Source: an uncultured Eubacteriales bacterium
Lineage (GTDB): Bacteria; Bacillota; Clostridia; Peptostreptococcales; Anaerovoracaceae
Length of the DNA stretch: 64,000 nt
Direction: 5' to 3'
Assembly (NCBI GenBank): GCA_902795265.1
Contig: CADBKM010000001.1
Location: 28,456-92,455 of the forward strand
Program-made: the position numbers and the translations under genes
The notes under the pieces: generated by a model
Databases searched by the model: none
The model's input: only the letters and a program-made list of their open reading frames with translations
Told to the model about the DNA's origin: nothing
Shown here: positions 36,235-44,898 of the stretch, piece by piece
Layout: every line of letters begins with the position of its first letter
How positions within the stretch are numbered: position 1 is the stretch's first letter

Positions 36235-37575
36235 ATGCTATTAGTAGGTAACGGACAACTTATAACAAGGGATCCGGAATTCCCTTATCTGAAGGATGGC
36301 GCTGTCGTTATCGACGGTGAAGTCATCAAGGCGGTAGGCACGCTTGCAGACATGAAAGCTGCTTATCCTGACGCGGAATTCGTGGATGCTAAGGGCGGCA
36401 TCATAATGCCGGGCCTTATAAATGCGCATACGCATATCTATTCGGGCCTTGCGAGAGGACTTGCGATAGCCGGTCATAACCCGACAAACTTCTTCGAGAT
36501 CCTCGACGGCATGTGGTGGAACATCGACCGCCACCTGACTATCGACGGCACAAAGGCAAGTGCTTACGCAACCATACTCGACTGCATCAGAGACGGTGTC
36601 ACGACCATCTTTGACCATCACGCAAGCTTTTGCGAGATCCCTGGGTCGCTCTTCGCGATAAAAGATGTCGCAAAAGAGCTCGGCATGAGATCGTGCCTCT
36701 GCTATGAGGTATCCGAAAGAGACGGCGAGGAGAAGACTCTTCAGAGTATTCAGGAGAATGCGGACTTCGCCAAGTGGGCGCTCAAGGAAGACGACGACAT
36801 GATAAAGGCCATGTTCGGCGGACACGCACTCTTCACCATCTCGGACAAGACATTCGAAAAGATGGTAGAGGCAAACGACGGCATGACAGGATTCCACATC
36901 CACGTAGCAGAGGGCATGAACGACGTATATGACAGCCTGCGCAACTACGGATGCAGACCGGTCAACAGACTGCTGTACAACGGACTCCTCGGTGAGAAGA
37001 CTCTGCTGGGTCACTGCATACATGTCAGCCCTGCTGAGATGGACATCATCAAAGAGACAGGCACAATGGTCGTAAACAACCCTGAGTCCAACATGGGTAA
37101 CGCCGTAGGCTGCGCACCTGTGCTGCAGATGATGGCAAAGGGCATCACAGTCGGAATGGGAACCGATGCTTACACCCACGACATGCTCGAGAGCTTAAAG
37201 GTGTTCCTCATAATCCAGAGACACAACGCGGCAATGCCAAACGTTGCATGGGGCGAAGACTGCACGATGCTCTTCGAAAACAACAGAAAGATCGCTGCCA
37301 AGTACTTCAAGAAGCCTCTGGGCATCCTGAAGGAGGGCGCTGCAGCAGACGTCATCGTAATGGATTACAAGCCGTTCACACCGTTCTCAGACGAGAACAT
37401 CGACGGCCACATGATATTCGGCATGATGGGCAAGAACTGCAGAACGACCATCATCAACGGAAAGGTGCTGTATAAGGACAGAGAGTTCGTAGATATCGAT
37501 GAAGAGGCAATCAATGCCTGGACACTCGAGCAGAGCAAGAAGCTCTGGGGCGAACTCAATCACAGAGAGTATTAA
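36235..37575 (+). CDS. ssnA: SsnA-type aminohydrolase
   Basis: Amidohydrolase HxH motif (GLINAHTHIYSGLARG) and overall SsnA-like N-terminus. 446 aa. Confidence 0.8.
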   Translation: MLLVGNGQLITRDPEFPYLKDGAVVIDGEVIKAVGTLADMKAAYPDAEFVDAKGGIIMPGLINAHTHIYSGLARGLAIAGHNPTNFFEILDGMWWNIDRHLTIDGTKASAYATILDCIRDGVTTIFDHHASFCEIPGSLFAIKDVAKELGMRSCLCYEVSERDGEEKTLQSIQENADFAKWALKEDDDMIKAMFGGHALFTISDKTFEKMVEANDGMTGFHIHVAEGMNDVYDSLRNYGCRPVNRLLYNGLLGEKTLLGHCIHVSPAEMDIIKETGTMVVNNPESNMGNAVGCAPVLQMMAKGITVGMGTDAYTHDMLESLKVFLIIQRHNAAMPNVAWGEDCTMLFENNRKIAAKYFKKPLGILKEGAAADVIVMDYKPFTPFSDENIDGHMIFGMMGKNCRTTIINGKVLYKDREFVDIDEEAINAWTLEQSKKLWGELNHREY

Positions 37576-37578
37576 TGG

Positions 37579-37644
37579 CAGAGTTTAGCACCGCTGCGTT
37601 AAACCGCAACGAGGCGAGAGCCGTACTCCCGGGAATGCACTTTT
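37579..37644 (-). repeat. 66-nt repeat copy B (inverted relative to copy A)
   Basis: Its reverse complement is 63/66 identical to 16476-16541. It lies between the ssnA stop and the ygfK RBS. Confidence 0.85.
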
Positions 37645-37679
37645 GATGCAAACCGTAAACGCGGAAGGAGGATAGATAT

Positions 37680-40673
37680 ATGAGCGATATTATGAGACCG
37701 ATGCCCTATGAACATTTGCTGAACTGGGTAATCGACGAATATGAAAAAAGCGGAAGCATCTTCGGTGTTTCAAAGCTTGTAAAACACGATAACGGACAGG
37801 CTCTTCCTATCTTCGATGAGAAGATCGAGTCGCCTTTCGGACCTGCTGCCGGCCCTAACACTCAGCTGGCTCAGAATATAATCGCTTCTTATGCAGCGGG
37901 CTCAAGGTTCTTCGAGCTCAAGACCGTACAGGACATGGACGGTCCTGATCTGGCGGCGTGCGTTGCAAAGCCGTGTATCACGGCTCACGACGAGTGCTAC
38001 AACTGCGAGTGGTCGACAGAGCTCTATGTTCATCAGGCATTCGACGAATATGTAAAGGCCTGGTTCATCTGCAAGATTCTCTCGAAGGAACTCGGACTTG
38101 GCGATCCTGACGGCTTTGTCTTCAACATGTCGGTAGGTTACGACCTTGAGGGCATCAAGAAGGAAAAGGTAGACCGCTACATCGACGGCATGAAGGACGC
38201 TTCGGAAACAGAGGTGTTCAGGAACGCAATGGCGGTATCGCTTCAGGCTGTAAAAGACGGCAGACTCAAGAATGTCGATGAAGACTTCATAAAGGCGATC
38301 CCTGCAAGGATCTCCGAGTCGATTACAGAGTCGACACTTCACGGCTGCCCGCCTGATGAGATCGAGCGTATCGCTTCGTATCTGATCACAGAGAAGGGAC
38401 TCAACACTTTCATCAAGTGCAACCCTACGCTGCTCGGATATGAGTTTGCAAGAGAGAGACTGGATTCACTCGGATTCAGCTATATCGCATTTGACGATCA
38501 TCACTTCCTCGAAGACCTTCAGTGGAAGGATGCAGTCCCGATGTTCGAGAGACTGCAGAAGCTCTGTGACGACAGGGGACTCGAGTTCGGAGTCAAGCTC
38601 ACGAACACATTCCCTGTAGACGTAAAGGCAGGAGAGCTTCCTTCAGAAGAAATGTACATGTCGGGACGCAGCCTGTTCCCGCTGACAATAGAACTCGCAA
38701 GAAGGATCACAAAGCAGTTCGACGGCAAGCTGAGGATCAGCTTCTCTGGCGGTGCTGATTACTTCAACATCAAGGAGATCTTTGACGCAGGCATCTGGCC
38801 TATCACAATGGCTACGACAGTCCTGAAACCGGGCGGCTATCAGAGAATGTCACAGATCGGCGAGAAGCTCATGGACTGCGGATGCGACAGATTCGCAGGC
38901 GTAGACCTCGCTAAGGTCGAGAAGCTGGTAGAGGTATCGCAGCAGAAGAGGAACCAGAAGCCGATCAAGCCGCTGCCTGACAGAAAGAACGGCGAAGACC
39001 TGCCGATGTTTGACTGCTTCCACGCTCCTTGCAGCGGCGGATGCCCGATCAATCAGGACATCCCTGCATATCTCGAAGCAATGGAGAAGGGTGACAGCGA
39101 GACAGCTCTTAAGATAATCCTCGAGAAGAACGCTCTTCCGTTCACGACAGGAACCATCTGCCCGCATACATGCGCTGACAGATGCATGAGAAACCACTAT
39201 GAGTCAGCTCTCCGCATCAGAGAGGTGAAGCTGATGGCAGCAGAGGCAGCCTGCGCCAAGGTGCTGCCTGGACTCAAAGCTGCTGAAGCATGCGGCAAGA
39301 AGGTTGCGATCATCGGCGGTGGCCCTGCAGGACTCGCGACAGCTTCGTTCCTTTCAAGAGCAGGCGCTGATGTAACAGTATTTGAAAAACAGGATAAGAT
39401 GGGCGGCGTGCCTCGCTATGTGATCCCTGGATTCAGGATCGGTGATGAGGCTCTCGACAGCGATGTGGCTCTCTGCTCTGCATACGGCGCAAAGATGGTC
39501 ACAGGCCGCGAGATCGCATCCGTACAGGAGCTTAAGGATGAAGGCTTCGAAGACATCGTAGTCTGCATCGGAGCATGGGCTCACGGCCGCAAGGCTCTGA
39601 AGTACGGCGATGAGATCGACGCACTCGAATTCCTTAAGGCAGTAAAGGCTGCACCGGGAGCATGCGATCTGGGAACAGACGTAGTCGTAATCGGCGGCGG
39701 CAACACAGCCATGGACGTAGCAAGAGCTGCGAAGAGACAGCCTGGAGTAGAGCACGTACGCCTGGTATACAGAAGAGACAGACGCAACATGCCGGCTGAT
39801 GAAGAAGAGCTGGTAATGGCGATCGAAGATGGTGTAGAGTTCATGGAACTCCTCGCACCTGTAGGCACAGAAAACGGCATGCTGAAGTGCGAGATCAACG
39901 TTCTCGGCGAGCCTGACGCAAGCGGCAGACGTTCACCTGTCGGAACAGGCGAGTTCTGTGAGGTGCCTGCAACTGCAGTCATCTGCGCTGTTGGTGAGCG
40001 TATCATGACAGGTCTCTACGAGGCCGCAGGCGCTGAGCTGACAGACAAGGGAGCTCCTGTAGTTGATGAAAACCTCATGACTACGGTACCTGGTCTCTAT
40101 GCAGCAGGAGACTGCCGCAGAGGTCCTGCTACAGTAGTCAAGGCTATCGCGGATGCTCAGACAGTTGCTGCAGCTATCACCGGAGCTAAGTTCGACGCAT
40201 GCGAGGCTGCAAATGCAGCAGGCGACATGGATAAGCTGCTCGGCAGAAAGGGCAGCCTGGCTGATCCGCCTGCAGATAAGGCTGACGACAGATGCCTCGG
40301 CTGCGCTACAGTATGCGAGGTCTGCACAGACGTCTGCCCGAACAGAGCAAACGTTGCGATAGACGTTCCGGGCTTCGATATGCCTCAGATCCTGCATGTG
40401 GACGGCATGTGCAACGAGTGCGGCAACTGCGCCGTATTCTGCCCGTACAGCGGACGTCCTTACAAGGATAAATTCACTCTGTTCTGGAGCGAAGAGGACT
40501 TCAAAGACAGCGAGAACAACGGATTCCTGCCGCTCGAAGGCACAAAGGTATGCGTAAGACTCTTCGGCAATGCCGCTGAGTACGATATCGCTGACCCTGC
40601 ATGCACACTTCCAAGCGGAGTTCTGGCATTCATCAAAGCTGTGGAAGAGAATTATAAGTATCTTATTGGCTAG
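37680..40673 (+). CDS. ygfK: YgfK-type multidomain Fe-S flavoprotein oxidoreductase
   Basis: 997 aa. DHOD/DPD-like barrel region, GltD-like nucleotide folds (VAIIGGGPAGL, VVVIGGGNTAMD), and a C-terminal 2x[4Fe-4S] region (CLGCATVCEVCTDVCP, CNECGNCAVFCP). Confidence 0.85.
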   Translation: MSDIMRPMPYEHLLNWVIDEYEKSGSIFGVSKLVKHDNGQALPIFDEKIESPFGPAAGPNTQLAQNIIASYAAGSRFFELKTVQDMDGPDLAACVAKPCITAHDECYNCEWSTELYVHQAFDEYVKAWFICKILSKELGLGDPDGFVFNMSVGYDLEGIKKEKVDRYIDGMKDASETEVFRNAMAVSLQAVKDGRLKNVDEDFIKAIPARISESITESTLHGCPPDEIERIASYLITEKGLNTFIKCNPTLLGYEFARERLDSLGFSYIAFDDHHFLEDLQWKDAVPMFERLQKLCDDRGLEFGVKLTNTFPVDVKAGELPSEEMYMSGRSLFPLTIELARRITKQFDGKLRISFSGGADYFNIKEIFDAGIWPITMATTVLKPGGYQRMSQIGEKLMDCGCDRFAGVDLAKVEKLVEVSQQKRNQKPIKPLPDRKNGEDLPMFDCFHAPCSGGCPINQDIPAYLEAMEKGDSETALKIILEKNALPFTTGTICPHTCADRCMRNHYESALRIREVKLMAAEAACAKVLPGLKAAEACGKKVAIIGGGPAGLATASFLSRAGADVTVFEKQDKMGGVPRYVIPGFRIGDEALDSDVALCSAYGAKMVTGREIASVQELKDEGFEDIVVCIGAWAHGRKALKYGDEIDALEFLKAVKAAPGACDLGTDVVVIGGGNTAMDVARAAKRQPGVEHVRLVYRRDRRNMPADEEELVMAIEDGVEFMELLAPVGTENGMLKCEINVLGEPDASGRRSPVGTGEFCEVPATAVICAVGERIMTGLYEAAGAELTDKGAPVVDENLMTTVPGLYAAGDCRRGPATVVKAIADAQTVAAAITGAKFDACEAANAAGDMDKLLGRKGSLADPPADKADDRCLGCATVCEVCTDVCPNRANVAIDVPGFDMPQILHVDGMCNECGNCAVFCPYSGRPYKDKFTLFWSEEDFKDSENNGFLPLEGTKVCVRLFGNAAEYDIADPACTLPSGVLAFIKAVEENYKYLIG

Positions 40674-40691
40674 TATTTTAAGGTAATAACC

Positions 40692-41483
40692 ATGCTTGTT
40701 TGTATAAAAGGCGCCGGCGATCTGGCAAGCGGTATTGCGCTCAGGCTGCACCGCTCGAAGATCGACGTAGTGATGACGGATCTGCCGGTGCCTACGGCAG
40801 TGCGCAGGACGGTGGCTTTCTCGGAAGCCATCCGCCTTGGCAGCACTTTTGTAGAAGATATAAAGGCGGAAAGAGCGGACAGTCTTGATGAGGTCCGCTC
40901 ATGCCTTGATAAGGGCGTTATTCCGGTGGTCGCGGATCCTGAAGCAGCGATCATAAAGGCGCTTGAGCCCGAGGTAGTGATAGACGCCATTCTGGCAAAA
41001 AGAAACCTCGGCACCAGAATAGATGAGGCGCCGCTCGTTATAGGCGTAGGACCGGGGTTCACAGCCGGTGAAGACTGCCACGCAGTTGTAGAGACTAAAA
41101 GGGGGCATACTCTCGGGCGTGTCATACGCGAGGGCTCTGCCATACCAAATACGGGAGTTCCGGGCAATATCGGCGGACAGACCGTAAACAGACTCATAAA
41201 AGCTTCTGCTGACGGCATCTTTCATCCTGAAAAGAATATAGGAGATGTCGTAAAAGAAGGCGACAGAGTTGCAAATGTAGACGGCGAACCTGTCTATGCT
41301 AAGACTGACGGTCTTATACGAGGAATGCTTCAGGACGGAGTAAAGGTAATAAAAGGGATGAAATCCGGAGATGTAGACCCAAGGGGTCCGGGCGTGGATT
41401 TCATGAAGGTCTCAGATAAGGCTCTCTCAATAGGTGGAGGAGTACTTGAGGCCATACTTTCATATGCCGGCGACAGGCTTTGA
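40692..41483 (+). CDS. yqeB: YqeB/EF2563-family selenium-dependent molybdenum hydroxylase system protein
   Basis: N-terminus IKGAGDLASGIALRLHRS...AVRRTVAFSEAI matches my memory of this family. 263 aa. Confidence 0.65.
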   Translation: MLVCIKGAGDLASGIALRLHRSKIDVVMTDLPVPTAVRRTVAFSEAIRLGSTFVEDIKAERADSLDEVRSCLDKGVIPVVADPEAAIIKALEPEVVIDAILAKRNLGTRIDEAPLVIGVGPGFTAGEDCHAVVETKRGHTLGRVIREGSAIPNTGVPGNIGGQTVNRLIKASADGIFHPEKNIGDVVKEGDRVANVDGEPVYAKTDGLIRGMLQDGVKVIKGMKSGDVDPRGPGVDFMKVSDKALSIGGGVLEAILSYAGDRL

Positions 41484-41499
41484 AAGGTGGGGAATACAG

Positions 41500-41958
41500 A
41501 TGGCTAAGAAAAACAAAAAAACAGCATATGTCCGCTGCCGCGGAGGCAGCATAAGCTGCACGTACGGCTGCCTCGGATGCGGTCTGTGCGTCGAGGCCTG
41601 CCGCCTCGGTGCGATCAGCATCGGAGACAATGGGGCAGCGGTAGTAGACAGTGGGAAATGCGTCGGGTGCGGATTGTGTGCCGGCGCCTGCCCTCAGAGC
41701 ATAATCGACATTATAGATGCGGGTTTCAACATACAGCCTGCATGCAGCAATAAAGATGCCGGTAAAGCTGCGAGAGAGGCGTGCGTGAATTCCTGCATCG
41801 CCTGCAGGCTGTGTGAGAAAAACTGCCCTGCGGATGCAGTTCATGTGGTCGATAACAGGGCTGTGATCGATCCTGAAAAATGCATTTGCTGTGGCATGTG
41901 CGCGATCAAATGCCCGCGCGGAGTCATACGCGATCTGCACGGGATCATGACAGACTGA
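41500..41958 (+). CDS. Polyferredoxin with four [4Fe-4S]-type motifs (RnfB-C-terminal-like)
   Basis: Motifs CLGCGLCVEAC, CVGCGLCAGACP, CIACRLCEKNCP and CICCGMCAIKCP. ATG at 41500; the track start at 41434 lies inside yqeB. Confidence 0.85.
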   Translation: MAKKNKKTAYVRCRGGSISCTYGCLGCGLCVEACRLGAISIGDNGAAVVDSGKCVGCGLCAGACPQSIIDIIDAGFNIQPACSNKDAGKAAREACVNSCIACRLCEKNCPADAVHVVDNRAVIDPEKCICCGMCAIKCPRGVIRDLHGIMTD

Positions 41959-41976
41959 GCGAAGGGAGGTAAAGAA

Positions 41977-44898
41977 ATGCCGTATACATTCACAGTAAAC
42001 GGGGTCGTCAGAACGACCGAAGAAGATAAGCCTCTGCTCAGGTATCTGAGAGATGATCTCAAGCTGTATTCCGTCAAGGACGGCTGCTCAGAGGGCGCAT
42101 GCGGTACATGCACGGTGATCGTCGACGGATACGCTGTCAAATCGTGCGTGCTCACCACGAAAAGAGCAGAAGGCAAGAATATAATTACTGTCGAGGGTCT
42201 TTCTCTGAAAGAGAAGGAAGCCTTCGTTTACGCGTTCGGAACAGCCGGGTCGGTGCAGTGCGGTTTCTGCATACCAGGCATGGTCATGGTAGCAAAGGCT
42301 CTTATCGACAGGAACCCGAAGCCGACTACAAATGAGATAGAAGCTGCTATCAGGGGCAATGTATGCCGCTGCACCGGTTATAAAAAGATCATTACCGGTA
42401 TAAAAAGGGCCGCAGCCGTGCTGAGAGGCGATGAAGAGATACACAACATCACTCAGTTCAACTTCGGCGAAATGTATGAGCAGTATTCATTCATTTCCAA
42501 GAAGGGCTCTCTTTATGATCCGGCAGAAGCGTCGGGCATAGAATTTTACAGCAACCGCGAAAATGCGGCGAAGTTCGGTATCGGACAGAATGTGTTCCGT
42601 ATCGATGTGACAAAGAAAGTACTCGGATACGGAAAGTATCCGGATGATATAGGGCCTGAATACTTCATTCCGGCTGACAGATCCGACCTGATCATGGAAT
42701 GCGCGGAACTGACAGACGAAGAGTTCAGGGCCGAAGAAGCAGAGGGAAACATTGCACCGGGCAAAAACCTTTATAAGAAGGGTGAGCCGAACTGCAATGT
42801 TGCCGCAATAGTCGATCCTGATATGCCGCCTATGGCATACGCTTCAGCGGTCAGGTCAGACTATCCGAGAGCGGTAGTCAAGAAAATCCACAAGGAAAAG
42901 GCGGAATCACTGCCGGGCGTTCTCGGAGTGCTTACCGCAGAGGATGTTCCGAATAATAAGGTCGGTCACATCCAGCAGGACTGGGATGTAATGATCGCCG
43001 AGGGCGATACGACAAGGATGGTGGGAGACGCGATCTGCCTGGTCGTAGCAGAATCGCCATATATACTTGAGCAGGCCAAGAAAGCGGTAAAGGTCGAATA
43101 CGAAGTTCTCGAGCCTGTAAGGGGCATCGATGAAGCGAAGGCTGAAGGAGCTCCTCAGCTGCATGCACATGCACCGGGCAATCTCTGCCAGCAAAGACAC
43201 GTAACGAGAGGCGATGCTGCAAAAGCTCTGGCGAAATCCGCTTATACGGTCACGGAGCACTTCAGCACACCGTTTACCGAACATGCCTTCCTTGAGCCTG
43301 AATGTGCTGTGTCGTTCCCGTACGGTGACGGAGTAAAGATACTCTCGACAGATCAGGGAGCGTTCGATACACGCAAGGAAGTCCTCATAATGTTCGGATG
43401 GCAGGATACACCTGAAAGGGTCGTCGTAGAGAACCAGCTCATCGGAGGAGGCTTCGGCGGCAAAGAGGATGTTACCACACAGCATCTGTCGGCACTGGCG
43501 GCCGTGAAGTTCAAAAGGCCTGTAAAGGTGAAGTTCAGCCGTGCCGAATCGCTCAGGGTACATCCTAAACGGCACGCCATGGAAGGAACATTCACTGTAG
43601 GCTGCGATGAGAACGGCATTCTTACCGGCCTTGACTGCGAGATCAACTTCGATACAGGTGCCTATGCCAGCCTGTGCGGACCTGTTCTTGAAAGGGCATG
43701 CACACACAGCGTAGGGCCGTACAACTATCACAATACAGATATAAGAGGCTTCGGATACTATACCAACAATCCGCCTGCCGGAGCGTTCAGGGGTTTCGGC
43801 GTATGCCAGAGCCAGTTTGCTCTCGAATCGCTGCTGAACGTACTGGCTGAGAAGGTCGGTATCAGCCCTTGGGAGATGAGATACCGCAATGCTATAGCGC
43901 CTGGCGATGAGCTCCCGAATGGCCAGCTGGCTGACGTTTCTACTGCTCTCAGAGAAACTCTCGAGGCAGTAAAACCGTTCTATGACGCTGCGCCTCAGAA
44001 CAGAGTAGGCATAGCCTGTGCGATGAAAAACGCAGGCGTAGGAGTCGGTCTTCCGGACAAGGGCAGGGCAACGCTCCTTGTAAAGGACGGGCTGGTCGTT
44101 ATACGCACGGCCGCGTCAGATATCGGCCAGGGGTGCCAGACTGTTTTCTGCCAGGATGTGGCAGAGGTCACAGACCTGCCTATATCCAGAATATGGTTTG
44201 GTCATTGCAATACAGAAAACTCACCTGATTCCGGCACGACTTCCGGTTCAAGACAGACACTGATCACCGGAGAGGCGGTACGGGGAGCGGCTCTTAAGCT
44301 CAAGAAAGACATGGATGAAGAGGGCATTTCCGAGGACACTCTCGACAGGCTAAATGGCAGGGAATACAGCTATGAGTACTTTGACCCTACAGACCCTCTG
44401 AATTCCGACAAGCCTCATCCTAAGAGCCATATAGCATATGGGTACGCGACAAACGTTGCCGTACTCAACGAAGAGGGTAAGGTCACAGACATTTACGCTG
44501 CGTTCGATGCCGGCAGAGTTGTAAATCCGCTGTCGATGTCAGGCCAGATAGAGGGCGGCGTTCTGATGGGAATGGGCTATGCCCTGACTGAAGACTGGCC
44601 GCTTGAGGACTGCGTGCCAAAGGCAAAATACGGCACACTCGGACTGCTGAGGTCTACGGACATACCGAAGATCCATACGATACATGTTGAAAAGGACCGC
44701 CAGCTCGATGTAGCTTTCGGCGCGAAGGGTATCGGCGAGATAACAACGATACCTGCGGCGCCTGCAGTAGCCGGAGCATACTACGCGAAAGACGGGTATC
44801 TGAGAACAAAGCTTCCGCTCGAGAATACATACTATAAAAAGCCTGAAAAGCAGGAGAAAAGCCATGAAACTGATAAAAAACGGAATGATCGCAACTGA
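41977..44898 (+). CDS. Fused [2Fe-2S]/molybdopterin hydroxylase (third xanthine-dehydrogenase-family enzyme)
   Basis: N-terminal CSEGACGTCTV, CGFCIPG and CRCTGY. Mo-domain motifs GGGFGGKED and DIGQGCQT. 973 aa with a Lys-rich tail. Confidence 0.8.
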   Translation: MPYTFTVNGVVRTTEEDKPLLRYLRDDLKLYSVKDGCSEGACGTCTVIVDGYAVKSCVLTTKRAEGKNIITVEGLSLKEKEAFVYAFGTAGSVQCGFCIPGMVMVAKALIDRNPKPTTNEIEAAIRGNVCRCTGYKKIITGIKRAAAVLRGDEEIHNITQFNFGEMYEQYSFISKKGSLYDPAEASGIEFYSNRENAAKFGIGQNVFRIDVTKKVLGYGKYPDDIGPEYFIPADRSDLIMECAELTDEEFRAEEAEGNIAPGKNLYKKGEPNCNVAAIVDPDMPPMAYASAVRSDYPRAVVKKIHKEKAESLPGVLGVLTAEDVPNNKVGHIQQDWDVMIAEGDTTRMVGDAICLVVAESPYILEQAKKAVKVEYEVLEPVRGIDEAKAEGAPQLHAHAPGNLCQQRHVTRGDAAKALAKSAYTVTEHFSTPFTEHAFLEPECAVSFPYGDGVKILSTDQGAFDTRKEVLIMFGWQDTPERVVVENQLIGGGFGGKEDVTTQHLSALAAVKFKRPVKVKFSRAESLRVHPKRHAMEGTFTVGCDENGILTGLDCEINFDTGAYASLCGPVLERACTHSVGPYNYHNTDIRGFGYYTNNPPAGAFRGFGVCQSQFALESLLNVLAEKVGISPWEMRYRNAIAPGDELPNGQLADVSTALRETLEAVKPFYDAAPQNRVGIACAMKNAGVGVGLPDKGRATLLVKDGLVVIRTAASDIGQGCQTVFCQDVAEVTDLPISRIWFGHCNTENSPDSGTTSGSRQTLITGEAVRGAALKLKKDMDEEGISEDTLDRLNGREYSYEYFDPTDPLNSDKPHPKSHIAYGYATNVAVLNEEGKVTDIYAAFDAGRVVNPLSMSGQIEGGVLMGMGYALTEDWPLEDCVPKAKYGTLGLLRSTDIPKIHTIHVEKDRQLDVAFGAKGIGEITTIPAAPAVAGAYYAKDGYLRTKLPLENTYYKKPEKQEKSHETDKKRNDRN

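Noticed and set aside
40670-41218. 182-aa minus-strand ORF overlapping the ygfK end and yqeB.
   Set aside because: It is antisense to two well-supported genes, has low-complexity Ser/Pro/Thr-rich composition and no translation signals.
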